Shown here: piece by piece, positions 1 to 8,302 of the stretch
How the letters are laid out: every line of letters begins with the position of its first letter
How positions within the stretch are numbered: position 1 is the first letter of the stretch
Assembly (NCBI GenBank): GCA_002897715.1
Contig: BDUA01000040.1
Span: forward strand, 1,142-65,141
Length of the DNA: 64,000 nt
Direction of reading: 5' to 3'
Origin: a bacterium BMS3Abin01
Lineage (GTDB): Bacteria > Actinomycetota > Thermoleophilia > BMS3ABIN01
The notes under the pieces: model-generated
Told to the model about the DNA's origin: nothing
Seen by the model: the letters and a program-made list of their open reading frames with translations, nothing else
Database searches by the model: none
Position numbers and translations under genes: made by a program

Positions 1-966
1 CGCTATGAAGGGGATGATGTTCTGCGCTATCAGGGCGCCCTCGACGATGGGGGCCTTGGCACCCAGGCTGATGGTGGCGCCGCGCTCCTTGCCCGGGGAA
101 AGCGCCTTGGGCATGCGGGCGATGCAGTGCATGCACTTGACGCAGTCGCTGTCATCTATCTCGATATCGTTCTCATCGGCGGTGATGCAGCCGGTGGGGC
201 ACATATCGACAACATGGTCCTTGATGTTGAAGCCGTTCTTCATGTACTCGGCATAGGCATCCTTGTCAATCTGGATCTCGTCCTTCCAGATGCCGATGAT
301 GGCCATGTCGGAACGGGCCTGGGAAGCCACACAGTCATTGGGGCAGCCCGACATCTTGATCTTGAACTTGTAGTTGAACATGGGACGGTGCAGCTCGTCC
401 TGGTAAGCCTGGGTGAGGTTATAGCAGAGGTCCAGCGTGTCGTAGCAGGCCCATTCGCAACGCGCCGGGCCGATGCAGCAACTGGGCGTCCGCATGTCCG
501 AACCGGAGCCGCCCAGGTCCCAGCCCTTCTGGGTGAGTGCCCGGAAGGTGGGCTCCAGCTCCTCGGTCCGGGTGCCCAGCAGCACCATGTCGCCGGTGGA
601 GCCGTGCATATTGGTCAGTCCGGAACCATGCTCGTCCCAGATGTCCATGATCTCGTTGAGTGCCTTGGAGGTATAGACCCATCCGGAGGTCTGGTTGACA
701 CGGACGGTGTGGAAATGCGAGACGCCCGGGAACTCTTCCGGCAGGGAGGAGTACCGGCCGATAACGCCACCGCCGTAGCCCAGCACGCCCACCAGACCGC
801 CATGCTTCCAGTAGCCTCTTTTGTCTTCGTAGGATTTTTCGAGCTGGCGGAGCAGATCGTGAGCCATCTCAGACCTGTCGGCGATACTCCTGATATCGCT
901 GACAAAGCTTGGCCACGGCCCCTTCTCCAACTCTTCCAAGAGTGGGATTTTCAGGTCATCTGCCAT
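1..966 (-). CDS. dsrA: dissimilatory sulfite reductase alpha subunit DsrA (N-terminal 322 codons; 3' end lies beyond the window start)
   Basis: Absent from the ORF track because there is no stop codon in the window. My minus-strand translation from the ATG at 966 gives [27 protein letters not shown]...[24 protein letters not shown]...[15 protein letters not shown]...CPTGCI...CVKCMHC. AAGGAG lies about 8 nt upstream. The [14 protein letters not shown] and GYWKHGG motifs are DsrA hallmarks from memory. The plus-strand ORF 127..1032 is its antisense shadow. Confidence 0.85.
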   Translation of the reverse strand, partial: MADDLKIPLLEELEKGPWPSFVSDIRSIADRSEMAHDLLRQLEKSYEDKRGYWKHGGLVGVLGYGGGVIGRYSSLPEEFPGVSHFHTVRVNQTSGWVYTSKALNEIMDIWDEHGSGLTNMHGSTGDMVLLGTRTEELEPTFRALTQKGWDLGGSGSDMRTPSCCIGPARCEWACYDTLDLCYNLTQAYQDELHRPMFNYKFKIKMSGCPNDCVASQARSDMAIIGIWKDEIQIDKDAYAEYMKNGFNIKDHVVDMCPTGCITADENDIEIDDSDCVKCMHCIARMPKALSPGKERGATISLGAKAPIVEGALIAQNIIPFIA

Positions 967-1046
967 TTCGTGTTCTCCTTTTCCTTTGCTTGTATTTCGT
1001 TTAGCCTCGCGCCTGCGGGCTTAATAACATGACGGTGTGCAGGTAT

Positions 1047-2333
1047 TTAAGCCGGGGCCTCCGCCTCCGCCGAACCTGCGACGATATTGGTGTCCCCCTC
1101 CGCCACTTCTCCGCTCTCCTCTATCAGCAGATCCTCCGGGGGCTTGGGCTTGATCAGCTTGGCCTCCTGGGGCAGCAACGGCAGCCACTTGATCAGCAAC
1201 AGGTACGCGAGGGCCACGAAAGCGATCACGCCGATATACTGAACCCAGGCGGTGAACATCGGGAAATAGTTGATGGTGGCGCCGTCGCCATAGGCGGCGC
1301 TGGAAAACTCGTATCCGGGCAGCAGAGGGATATGCAGGAACTGGCCCGGCAGGATGAACAGGATCCTCTCGCCGACGATGCCGAAAACGTGCAGCCCCGA
1401 CGCGAACAGGATCCATCCCAGCCGCGACCTGGTCCTGGGATACAGCAGGATGAAGATCGGTGAAAGAAAGCCGATCAGATACAGCTGTATCCAGAACACG
1501 TAGGTGAAGAAGCTGCCGCTGAACAGCACATATTTCTCGCCTTCATAATGCTCCGGTGCGTACATGTGAATCAGGTGCTCGATGCTGACGATGAACATGA
1601 CGAACATGATCAGGCCGAGCATCACCCGGCTGAGCTGCAGGAAGAAGCGCTTGTCGATCTTCCGGTGGGTAGCCTTGAAGCTGTAGTGCAGGATGATCAT
1701 CGCCAGCGCCGTACCCGAGGAGAGGGCGGCGATGACGAAGGCCAGCGGCGTCAGCGAGGAGAAATACATTTCCCTGCCGTTGATCACACCGAATATGAAG
1801 CCGGTGCCGGAATGGACGAAGATAGCGGTGCATACCGCGGCGATAGCCAGAACCCGTGACCATTTCTCGCTGTTCTTCAACTGAGCCCACAGATATATGA
1901 TACCGACAGCGATGTAGGACGAATAGACGAACGCGTTCAGGGAGAGCATCGAGCGCGGATTGATGTTGTAGAACGGCAGGAGGATGCGGTCGGGGCGGCC
2001 CCAGGAGGAGATGAGCATCATCAGCGCCGCCGACATGAACAGTACCGAGTTCAGCGCCGCTACCCGCGACAGCACTTTATATTCGGTCTGCCCGAATATG
2101 GACCCCAGGGCGGAGATGAGCAGCGAGCCGGCGCTCAACCCCACGAACAGTACGAACAATACCTCCGAACCACCCCAGGTGATGGAGTGGTTAAGGCCGG
2201 TGATCCAGAAGCCCAGCTTGAACCTGATAGCCGTGGCTATGAACCAGCTGAAAACGAGCAGGCTGAGGATGACCACCGCCCAGTGATACTTACTTGATTT
2301 GCCCTCGATCGGTGCGAAAAAATATTTTGCCAC
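1047..2333 (-). CDS. dsrP: DsrP-like NrfD/PsrC-family integral membrane quinone-interacting subunit
   Basis: 428 aa, polytopic and hydrophobic throughout. It lies directly downstream of a Tat-signal Fe-S protein, which is the NrfC/NrfD-type pairing. GTG start with GAGG about 6 nt upstream. The call rests largely on context within dsrMKJOP. Confidence 0.7.
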   Translation of the reverse strand: MAKYFFAPIEGKSSKYHWAVVILSLLVFSWFIATAIRFKLGFWITGLNHSITWGGSEVLFVLFVGLSAGSLLISALGSIFGQTEYKVLSRVAALNSVLFMSAALMMLISSWGRPDRILLPFYNINPRSMLSLNAFVYSSYIAVGIIYLWAQLKNSEKWSRVLAIAAVCTAIFVHSGTGFIFGVINGREMYFSSLTPLAFVIAALSSGTALAMIILHYSFKATHRKIDKRFFLQLSRVMLGLIMFVMFIVSIEHLIHMYAPEHYEGEKYVLFSGSFFTYVFWIQLYLIGFLSPIFILLYPRTRSRLGWILFASGLHVFGIVGERILFILPGQFLHIPLLPGYEFSSAAYGDGATINYFPMFTAWVQYIGVIAFVALAYLLLIKWLPLLPQEAKLIKPKPPEDLLIEESGEVAEGDTNIVAGSAEAEAPA

Positions 2334-2366
2334 GTTAGCCTCGCAATCCTCTAGTCAGATTCATCT

Positions 2367-3131
2367 CTACAGTCCCAGATAGAATACGTTGGGCCCGACC
2401 CTCAGATTGGGCCTGAGTGCCTGCGCCGTACCCGGCTCAAGCAGCTGCGCGACCTCGGTCTCCGGATCGTTGCGGTCGCCGAAGGTGAGCGCGTTCTCCG
2501 GACAGTCCACCACGCACCGCGGCAGCTTGCCGTCATCGATGCGGTGGACGCAGAAAGTACACTTGGAGGCTACTCCCCGCATCAGCTTGGGAACCTTGCG
2601 GTTGGTCCACTGGTCGTCCGGGGTATCCTTGAATATCATGAACCTGACCCGGTAGGGACAGGCGATCACGCAGTACCGGCAACCGATACAGCGGTGCTCA
2701 TCGATCATCACCAGGCCGTCGGGCCGGATGAAGGAGGCCTTGGTGGGACAGACGTGGGTGCATGGGGGCTTATCGCACATCATGCACATGACCGGCAGTG
2801 ACAGAGCCTTGTTGTCCACCCCGGAGAGCTCCTTTTTGGCCTCGATTATGCGCAGCCAGTACGGGTCAAACCTTGAAAGCTTGCCGGGAAAGCGGGGAAG
2901 GTTGTTCTCATCCGCGCAGGCATCCTCGCAAATGGTGCAATCCGGCGAACACTTGCTCACGTCGGCCACCATCGTCCAGCTGACGTCCGTCGCCGCCGAT
3001 AACTCCTTGCCGCTCGATGCCAGACCTGACGGCGCAAATATCTGTGAGGCGGCGGGAATCGTCACGCCGGCGGCTGCGATCAGCCCGCCCATCTTCAAGA
3101 AAGTTCTTCTATCCAATCGGTCATTCCCCAT
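2367..3131 (-). CDS. dsrO: DsrO-like periplasmic 4Fe-4S ferredoxin (Tat signal)
   Basis: Twin-arginine motif DRRTFLKMGG. Several CxxCxxCxxxCP-type clusters (CIGCRYCVIACP, CTFCVHR...CVVDCP, CTICEDAC). The track start at 3230 overlaps dsrJ. The ATG at 3131 (MGNDRLDRRTFL) with an upstream AAAGGAAG is the likelier start. Confidence 0.75.
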   Translation of the reverse strand: MGNDRLDRRTFLKMGGLIAAAGVTIPAASQIFAPSGLASSGKELSAATDVSWTMVADVSKCSPDCTICEDACADENNLPRFPGKLSRFDPYWLRIIEAKKELSGVDNKALSLPVMCMMCDKPPCTHVCPTKASFIRPDGLVMIDEHRCIGCRYCVIACPYRVRFMIFKDTPDDQWTNRKVPKLMRGVASKCTFCVHRIDDGKLPRCVVDCPENALTFGDRNDPETEVAQLLEPGTAQALRPNLRVGPNVFYLGL

Positions 3132-3181
3132 AGCCAGAGCCCTACTTCCTTTGGTCTTTGTTTGACATCCGCTCCATGTCC

Positions 3182-3583
3182 CTACATACCCTCGGGTTTC
3201 TTCAAGCCCGGCTGTTCCGTCGAATGACAACCACCGGTCCCGGTGGAGCCGCCGAAGCAGCCCGGTTCTACCGTGTTATATTCATGGCATTTCTCGCAGA
3301 ATTTCTTGTATTCGTGGCAGGTGAAGCACTCCTTGATGCTGTCCTTGTCGGTGCGTTCACCGTGCCTGACCGCCCGCGTCCGTTCGTCCTTGAGCAGGTC
3401 CATGTGGTTGACCCGCATGTAATCCACATCACGGACGCAGCGGCTTCCCGCGTCAGCCTTGATGCCCGGATCGAGGTCCGGCTTGGTGGGCGTGTTGCCC
3501 CAGTCGCCGCTGGCGGCGCTAACGATGAACGGCGACAACAGAACCAACGTAAAAATGATGAGTGCTGCTACAGCTCTTCTCAT
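3182..3583 (-). CDS. dsrJ: DsrJ-like small membrane-anchored c-type cytochrome
   Basis: 133 aa with an N-terminal signal/anchor (AALIIFTLVLLSPFIVSAAS). Heme motifs CFTCH and CEKCH, plus C-x9-CH (CFGGSTGTGGCH). Its position between dsrK and dsrO fits DsrJ. Confidence 0.65.
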   Translation of the reverse strand: MRRAVAALIIFTLVLLSPFIVSAASGDWGNTPTKPDLDPGIKADAGSRCVRDVDYMRVNHMDLLKDERTRAVRHGERTDKDSIKECFTCHEYKKFCEKCHEYNTVEPGCFGGSTGTGGCHSTEQPGLKKPEGM

Positions 3584-5169
3584 TCCTTAGCTCCCAACTC
3601 GATTGCCTTGGCGACAAGCTGGTGGATACCCCCGACTTCGATCATTGGTATCCCGTATTTGGGGAAGACCTTGGTGAACTGTGCCTTGCAGATGGCACAT
3701 ATGAGGGCGAAGAAATTGGCCCCGTTCTCTTCCTTGATCGCATGGTAAGCCTGCATCCGCGGCATGGCCCCCTGGACACGGACATCGAGGATCTCGTCCG
3801 ACAGTAGTCCGCCGCCGCCGCCGCAGCAGAAGGTCTTCTCCTTGATGGTATCGGAATCCATCTCCACATAGCGGTTGCAGGCGGCATTGATCAGCGCCCG
3901 CGGTATCTCGAACTGTCCGCCGGGACGGTCACCCATGCGCGTGGCGCGGGCTACGTTGCATGAATCGTGGAAAGTGGGTATGACATCGTCGTTGGCCGAC
4001 TTGTCGAGCTTGATGGCGCCGCGCTCCACCAGGTCCAGGGTGTATTCACAGATATGCTGCGGCCGGGGATATTCCAGCTTGAGCCCCAGGCTGTTGTCCA
4101 GCGGCCCGATCATGGTGTTCCAGAAAGCGTAGGCGATGCGCCAGGCGTGGCCGCATTCGCCGACGATAAGGCGCTTGGGCTTGAGCTCCTCGATGGCTTT
4201 CCTGATGCGCATGGCTGCCTTCTGCATGTGCTCGTAACTGCCGATGAACATGCCGAAGTTGCCGGCCTCGGAGGCGGTGGAGCTGAGGGTCCAGCTGATG
4301 CCCGCCTGGTGGAAGACTTTGGCGTAGCCGATGAGGGACTCTATATGAGGCGTCGCGAAGAAATCCGCCGAAGGAGTGATCAGCAGCACCTCGGCCCCCA
4401 CCTGGTCTACGGGAAGCTTGACGGCGACGCCGTCCTCCTCCTGGATATCCTCCTCGGTGGACTCCATGGTCGCCTTGAGCGCCTTGGGGTTCATGCCCAG
4501 GTTGTTGCCGATCTCGTGCAGCTTTACCAGGACGGTGTTGACGTACTTCTGGCCGATACCGATGCTGTCCATGATCTCGCGGGCCGCCATGGAGATCTCG
4601 GCGGTGTCGATGCCATAAGGGCAGAACACCGAGCAGCGCCGGCACTGGGAGCACTGGTGGAAGTAGGTGTACCATTCGCCCAGCAGCTCCAGGTCCAGTT
4701 TGGCGGCGCCGGCCAGGGAACCGAAGATCTTTCCCTCGGTGGTGAAATATTTCTTATAAACCTTGCGAAGCAGGTCGGCCCGGGCCACGGGCATGTTCTT
4801 GGGGTCTTTGGATCCGAGGAAGAACTGACACTTATCGGTACAGGAACCGCAGCGGACACAGATGTCCAGATATACCTGGAGTGACTTGTACTTGGTCAGC
4901 AGCTCGCCCAGTTTCTTGACAGCCGCTTCCTCCCAGTTGTCCACCAGGCGCCCCGGGAAGCCCATGGCCTCCATGGTCTCCGGCTTGGCGGCGTGGCATT
5001 TGGATTTGGCCATCGCCCCCTTTACCAGATGGGGTATCTGGATATCGCCCGTAAGTTCGGGGGCCTTGACGTCTGCAGGCTTGAGCGAAGGCTCCTTGGC
5101 CCCGGTGACAATGTCCTGGTCGGTTAAAACTTCTTCCTGTTCTGCAGCTGTATCTGCCGTTTCTGCCAT
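3580..5169 (-). CDS. dsrK: DsrK, HdrD-like catalytic Fe-S subunit with CCG domains
   Basis: Two ferredoxin-type motifs (CVRCGSCTDKCQF, CSQCRRCSVFCPYG) and a CCG-type C-terminus (FCCGGGGG, FHDSCN). Likely start is the ATG at 5169 (MAETADT) preceded by AAAGGAAACGAG. The track start at 5235 is an upstream extension. Confidence 0.8.
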   Translation of the reverse strand: MAETADTAAEQEEVLTDQDIVTGAKEPSLKPADVKAPELTGDIQIPHLVKGAMAKSKCHAAKPETMEAMGFPGRLVDNWEEAAVKKLGELLTKYKSLQVYLDICVRCGSCTDKCQFFLGSKDPKNMPVARADLLRKVYKKYFTTEGKIFGSLAGAAKLDLELLGEWYTYFHQCSQCRRCSVFCPYGIDTAEISMAAREIMDSIGIGQKYVNTVLVKLHEIGNNLGMNPKALKATMESTEEDIQEEDGVAVKLPVDQVGAEVLLITPSADFFATPHIESLIGYAKVFHQAGISWTLSSTASEAGNFGMFIGSYEHMQKAAMRIRKAIEELKPKRLIVGECGHAWRIAYAFWNTMIGPLDNSLGLKLEYPRPQHICEYTLDLVERGAIKLDKSANDDVIPTFHDSCNVARATRMGDRPGGQFEIPRALINAACNRYVEMDSDTIKEKTFCCGGGGGLLSDEILDVRVQGAMPRMQAYHAIKEENGANFFALICAICKAQFTKVFPKYGIPMIEVGGIHQLVAKAIELGAKE

Positions 5170-5266
5170 CTCGTTTCCTTTCACAGTCCTGAAGAACCGC
5201 TGCCCTTCTTTTTGCCGGCCGGTGGCGGTAAACAACCACCTGACCGGACTCCGGGGCTAAACAATA

Positions 5267-5292
5267 CCGCCGTTTGGCAATGCCCACGGCGG
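5267..5292 (-). terminator. hairpin CCGCCGT(12 nt)ACGGCGG followed on the minus strand by UAUUGUUUAG
   Basis: 7-bp GC stem with a U-rich tail. It sits in the roughly 229-nt dsrC-dsrK spacer and is the second of two tandem hairpins downstream of dsrC. Confidence 0.45.
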
Positions 5293-5354
5293 GTTAACAG
5301 TGACTTACAAGTGCCCCGCCTCACAAGCCGGTCATCGGGACCGGCCGATTGTTT

Positions 5355-5386
5355 CCGGCTCGGCCCGCGGCCGCGGGCCGAGCCGG
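5355..5386 (-). terminator. perfect 32-nt GC-rich palindrome immediately 3' of dsrC (stem-loop: terminator, attenuator or mRNA stabiliser)
   Basis: The sequence ccggctcggcccgcgg/ccgcgggccgagccgg is exactly self-complementary. It lies 13 nt after the dsrC stop. There is no clear U-tract. Confidence 0.45.
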
Positions 5387-5398
5387 AGAGATTCCTAT

Positions 5399-5731
5399 TT
5401 ACACACAGCCTGTCGGCTTGGGCAGGCCCGCGATCTTGCAAGCCTGGAGTGCCGGGCCGGCCGGATAGAGATCGTAGAGATAAGCGCTGTTGCCCTTCTC
5501 GGGGCCGAACATCTTCTTCATCTCCTTGATCAGGATCTTGATGGCCGGCGCGATGTTGTACTCCTGGTAGTAATCCCTCAGGAAGTTAACGACCTCCCAG
5601 TGTGCCTCGGTCATATCGATACCTTCCTGCTCGGCCATGTAGCCGGCGACACCTTCGTTCCACTCATCAAGATTTACCAGGTACCCGTCATCATCTGTCT
5701 CATAGGTCTTTCCATCTAATTCAAAGCTCAT
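5399..5731 (-). CDS. dsrC: DsrC (TusE/DsrC family, with both conserved C-terminal cysteines)
   Basis: 110 aa ending ...ACKIAGLPKPTGCV, the two-cysteine C-terminal arm of bona fide DsrC. The N-terminus (GKTYETDDDGYL..L.EW) is typical of the family. Confidence 0.9.
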   Translation of the reverse strand: MSFELDGKTYETDDDGYLVNLDEWNEGVAGYMAEQEGIDMTEAHWEVVNFLRDYYQEYNIAPAIKILIKEMKKMFGPEKGNSAYLYDLYPAGPALQACKIAGLPKPTGCV

Positions 5732-5779
5732 TCTGTCTCCTCCTTGTGGAAATAGTTGCTTGAGCCAAGTCTTTAGGTG

Positions 5780-6544
5780 TTACCCCTCATCCTGTGTCAT
5801 ATTCGAAGCTATCTCAATGTTCTCCGGAGCCTTGCCCCAGGGATTCACCCAGCGCCGGTCGCGCGGGTTATCGACCTGGTTGCGCGTCGGGCTGAAGAAG
5901 ACGCCACCGGAGTGCATCAGCTTGCTGAAGGGGAAATATATAAACAGCAGGAAAACCAGGGAAATATGGATAATGAACATCACCTCGGAAGGCATCTCCT
6001 GCGGGTTAAAGGAAACGATCCCCAAAATGAATTCCTTGACGGTCGTTAGATTGGTGCGCGAAAAATGCTTGATGATCAAGCCGCTGGAGGCGATCGCCGC
6101 CAGCAGTATCAGCAGCAGGTAGTCGTTCATCACCGAGATGAAGGCCGTGCGGTCCACGACCAGCCTCAGCACGAACAGCATGATAAGTCCGAACAGCATG
6201 ATAAGTCCGGCGTAGATCTCGAAGGTGGTGATGTAGGCGATCCAGCCGGGACCGTAAGCGAAGAAGAAACGGAAGTGCTTCAACAGGGCGAGAAACAGGC
6301 CGATATGGAACATGTAGCCGAACAGCCAGATGATGCGGTTGCTCTTCAGCAGGCTTTTGAAGACACCCACTTCCAGAATCATCCTGCCGACTACACCGCC
6401 GTCGCTGGTGGGAGCGGGGGTCTGATCTATCTTCAACGGGGCGGGGGTCTTGCCGAATTTCCAGATACGGTAGAGGAACCCGAGGATGAAGACAGCGATA
6501 GCAACATAAGCATAAATCACAAAGAAGATCGTCAATCCGCTCAT
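5780..6544 (-). CDS. dsrM: DsrM, NarI/HdrE-like membrane b-type cytochrome subunit
   Basis: 254 aa with about 5-6 TM helices. It is the first gene of the dsrM-C-K-J-O-P run. ATG with AAAGGGATG upstream. Confidence 0.8.
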   Translation of the reverse strand: MSGLTIFFVIYAYVAIAVFILGFLYRIWKFGKTPAPLKIDQTPAPTSDGGVVGRMILEVGVFKSLLKSNRIIWLFGYMFHIGLFLALLKHFRFFFAYGPGWIAYITTFEIYAGLIMLFGLIMLFVLRLVVDRTAFISVMNDYLLLILLAAIASSGLIIKHFSRTNLTTVKEFILGIVSFNPQEMPSEVMFIIHISLVFLLFIYFPFSKLMHSGGVFFSPTRNQVDNPRDRRWVNPWGKAPENIEIASNMTQDEG

Positions 6545-6733
6545 ATCACATCCCTTTGGTCATGAGTGTTCGCACTCTACGCTGATACCTGGAAAAAACC
6601 CGTAACAGGTATATACCCCCTGAAGTATTCGCAACGATAGCACGGTAAATCAGAAGCTGTCAAACAGACTGATAAGCCCCCATCGCTTTTGTTCCAAAAA
6701 ACAATACCTTAGTGGGTATTTAGGACAAGTGGA

Positions 6734-6763
6734 AATCTAACACCCTTTTTTATCGCTTGTCAA
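6734..6763 (-). promoter_or_regulatory. candidate sigma70-type promoter for the dsrM operon
   Basis: The minus strand reads TTGACA, then 18 nt, then (TGT)TAGATT, about 190 nt upstream of the dsrM ATG. A second TTGACA lies exactly 100 bp downstream (6658-6663). The AT-richer spacer runs 6545-6850. Confidence 0.35.
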
Positions 6764-6852
6764 TAGCTGCGAGGGGATAATCCCGGTTTTTTTTCAGAGG
6801 TCCGCCGGCGGCAGGGATCCGGGGCGTGGCGGCGGGCCGCCGGCAACCGTTG

Positions 6853-8211
6853 TCAGGCCCGTCCCATGCGGGACACCAGGTCCTCCGCCCACCGGGACGA
6901 ACCCAGACTGTGAAGGTGGGCATAGGAGGCCAGTACATTGCGGTGGATGATGCCGTCATGCCGTCCGTCGACACCGGTGCCGCGCAGTACCTCCCAGGCG
7001 AACTCCAGGTCGCCGGCACCGGTTATCTCCGAATAATGGAACTCGTGGCCCCTTACCTCGGTCCCGGGGGAGAACCAGCCGCCGTTGCCCGTGGCCTTCA
7101 GCCTCATATAACCGTGGCCCTGCGGCTTTTGATGCATGACGATATCGCAGGGCAGGGCGCCCACCATCTCCCGGGTCCTGTCCTGCCAGGTCATGCTGCG
7201 CGCCAGGTACATCAGGCCGCCACACTCGGCGTAGACCGGCATACCCGCCTCGATGGCCTCCCTTATCTCCCGGCGTAGCGGTTCGTTGCCCTGCAGCTCA
7301 TCCATGAACACCTCGGGAAAGCCGCCGCCGATATAGAGACCCTGCACGTCGGGGAGAGCACCGTCGGCCAGCGGGCTGAAGGGGACCAGCTGGGCACCGG
7401 CCCGGGTCAGCGCTTCCAGGTTTTCCGGATAATAGAAGGTGAAGGCCCGGTCGCGGGCGATGCCGATACGTACCCGGGCGTCTCCGGACCCGGCCGCCGG
7501 GAGCTCCATGTCCGGCAGCGGCGGCGCCGTGGCGGCGATCTGCCGCACCTTCTCCAGGTCCACATATCCGGCGATGGCCCGGCCGATGGCGTCGATGACA
7601 TCATCGGCGGCCAGATGCTCCTGCGCCGGCTCCAGGCCCAGGTGACGCATGATGATACCCATGTCTGAACGCCGGGGTATGGCGCCGGCGATGGCAATGT
7701 CCGTATATTCCTCCACCGCCGCCCGCAGCTTGGCCTCGTGGCGCGGACCGAAGACCTTGTTGAGGATGACGCCGGCGATGGGCACGTCCGGCTCGAACTG
7801 CTGGAAGCCCATCAGCAGGGGGGCGATGCTGCGGTTCATGCTCCTGGTGTCCACAATCAGTATCACCGGCGCCTTCAGCAGGCGCGCCATGTCGGAGGTG
7901 CTGCCGCGGCCGTCCACCTCCAGGCTGTCGTACAGGCCCATGTTGCCTTCAATGATACCCATGTCCGCCGTGGCGGCCGCTGTCTGGAAGGAAGTCATGA
8001 TGTTCTCCTCGCCCATCATGAACAGGTCCAGGTTGCGGCAGTCGCGCCCGGCGGCGGCGCTCAACCACATGGGATCGATGAAGTCCGGCCCTTTCTTGTA
8101 GGGCTGCACTGCCAGTCCCGAGATGCTGAGGGCACGGCACAGGCCGGTGCTGAGCGTAGTTTTGCCGGAACTCCGGTGAGGTCCGGATATCACTATCCTG
8201 GGAAAATTCAA
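6853..8211 (-). CDS. dsrN: cobyrinate a,c-diamide synthase homolog, probable siroheme amidase DsrN
   Basis: P-loop RIVISGPHRSSGKTT, KKGPDFIDP, and a C-terminal glutamine amidotransferase part (ECGGLMYL...HEFHYS), which is CobB/CbiA architecture. It sits next to dsr genes. The track start at 8382 overlaps rluD. A TTG at 8211 preceded by GGAGG (5-nt spacer) is the likelier start. Confidence 0.7.
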   Translation of the reverse strand: MNFPRIVISGPHRSSGKTTLSTGLCRALSISGLAVQPYKKGPDFIDPMWLSAAAGRDCRNLDLFMMGEENIMTSFQTAAATADMGIIEGNMGLYDSLEVDGRGSTSDMARLLKAPVILIVDTRSMNRSIAPLLMGFQQFEPDVPIAGVILNKVFGPRHEAKLRAAVEEYTDIAIAGAIPRRSDMGIIMRHLGLEPAQEHLAADDVIDAIGRAIAGYVDLEKVRQIAATAPPLPDMELPAAGSGDARVRIGIARDRAFTFYYPENLEALTRAGAQLVPFSPLADGALPDVQGLYIGGGFPEVFMDELQGNEPLRREIREAIEAGMPVYAECGGLMYLARSMTWQDRTREMVGALPCDIVMHQKPQGHGYMRLKATGNGGWFSPGTEVRGHEFHYSEITGAGDLEFAWEVLRGTGVDGRHDGIIHRNVLASYAHLHSLGSSRWAEDLVSRMGRA

Positions 8212-8302
8212 GGAAGCCTCCGTACGGGGTGGCCACAGAGCCTTTCCGTATTCTTGCACGGCCGAAGCGCGGAAGCCAATATGGGGCCGCCGGGCCGGCG
8301 GC

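Noticed and set aside
127-1032. 301-aa plus-strand ORF at the window start
   Set aside because: The opposite strand encodes a textbook DsrA N-terminus with a good RBS. That ORF is missing from the track only because its stop lies outside the window.
6781-6800. T8 run (cccggtttttttt) as an intrinsic terminator
   Set aside because: The T-run is on the plus strand, where no gene ends, and no convincing stem precedes it. On the minus strand it is an A-run. It is more likely part of the AT-richer dsrM promoter/UP region.
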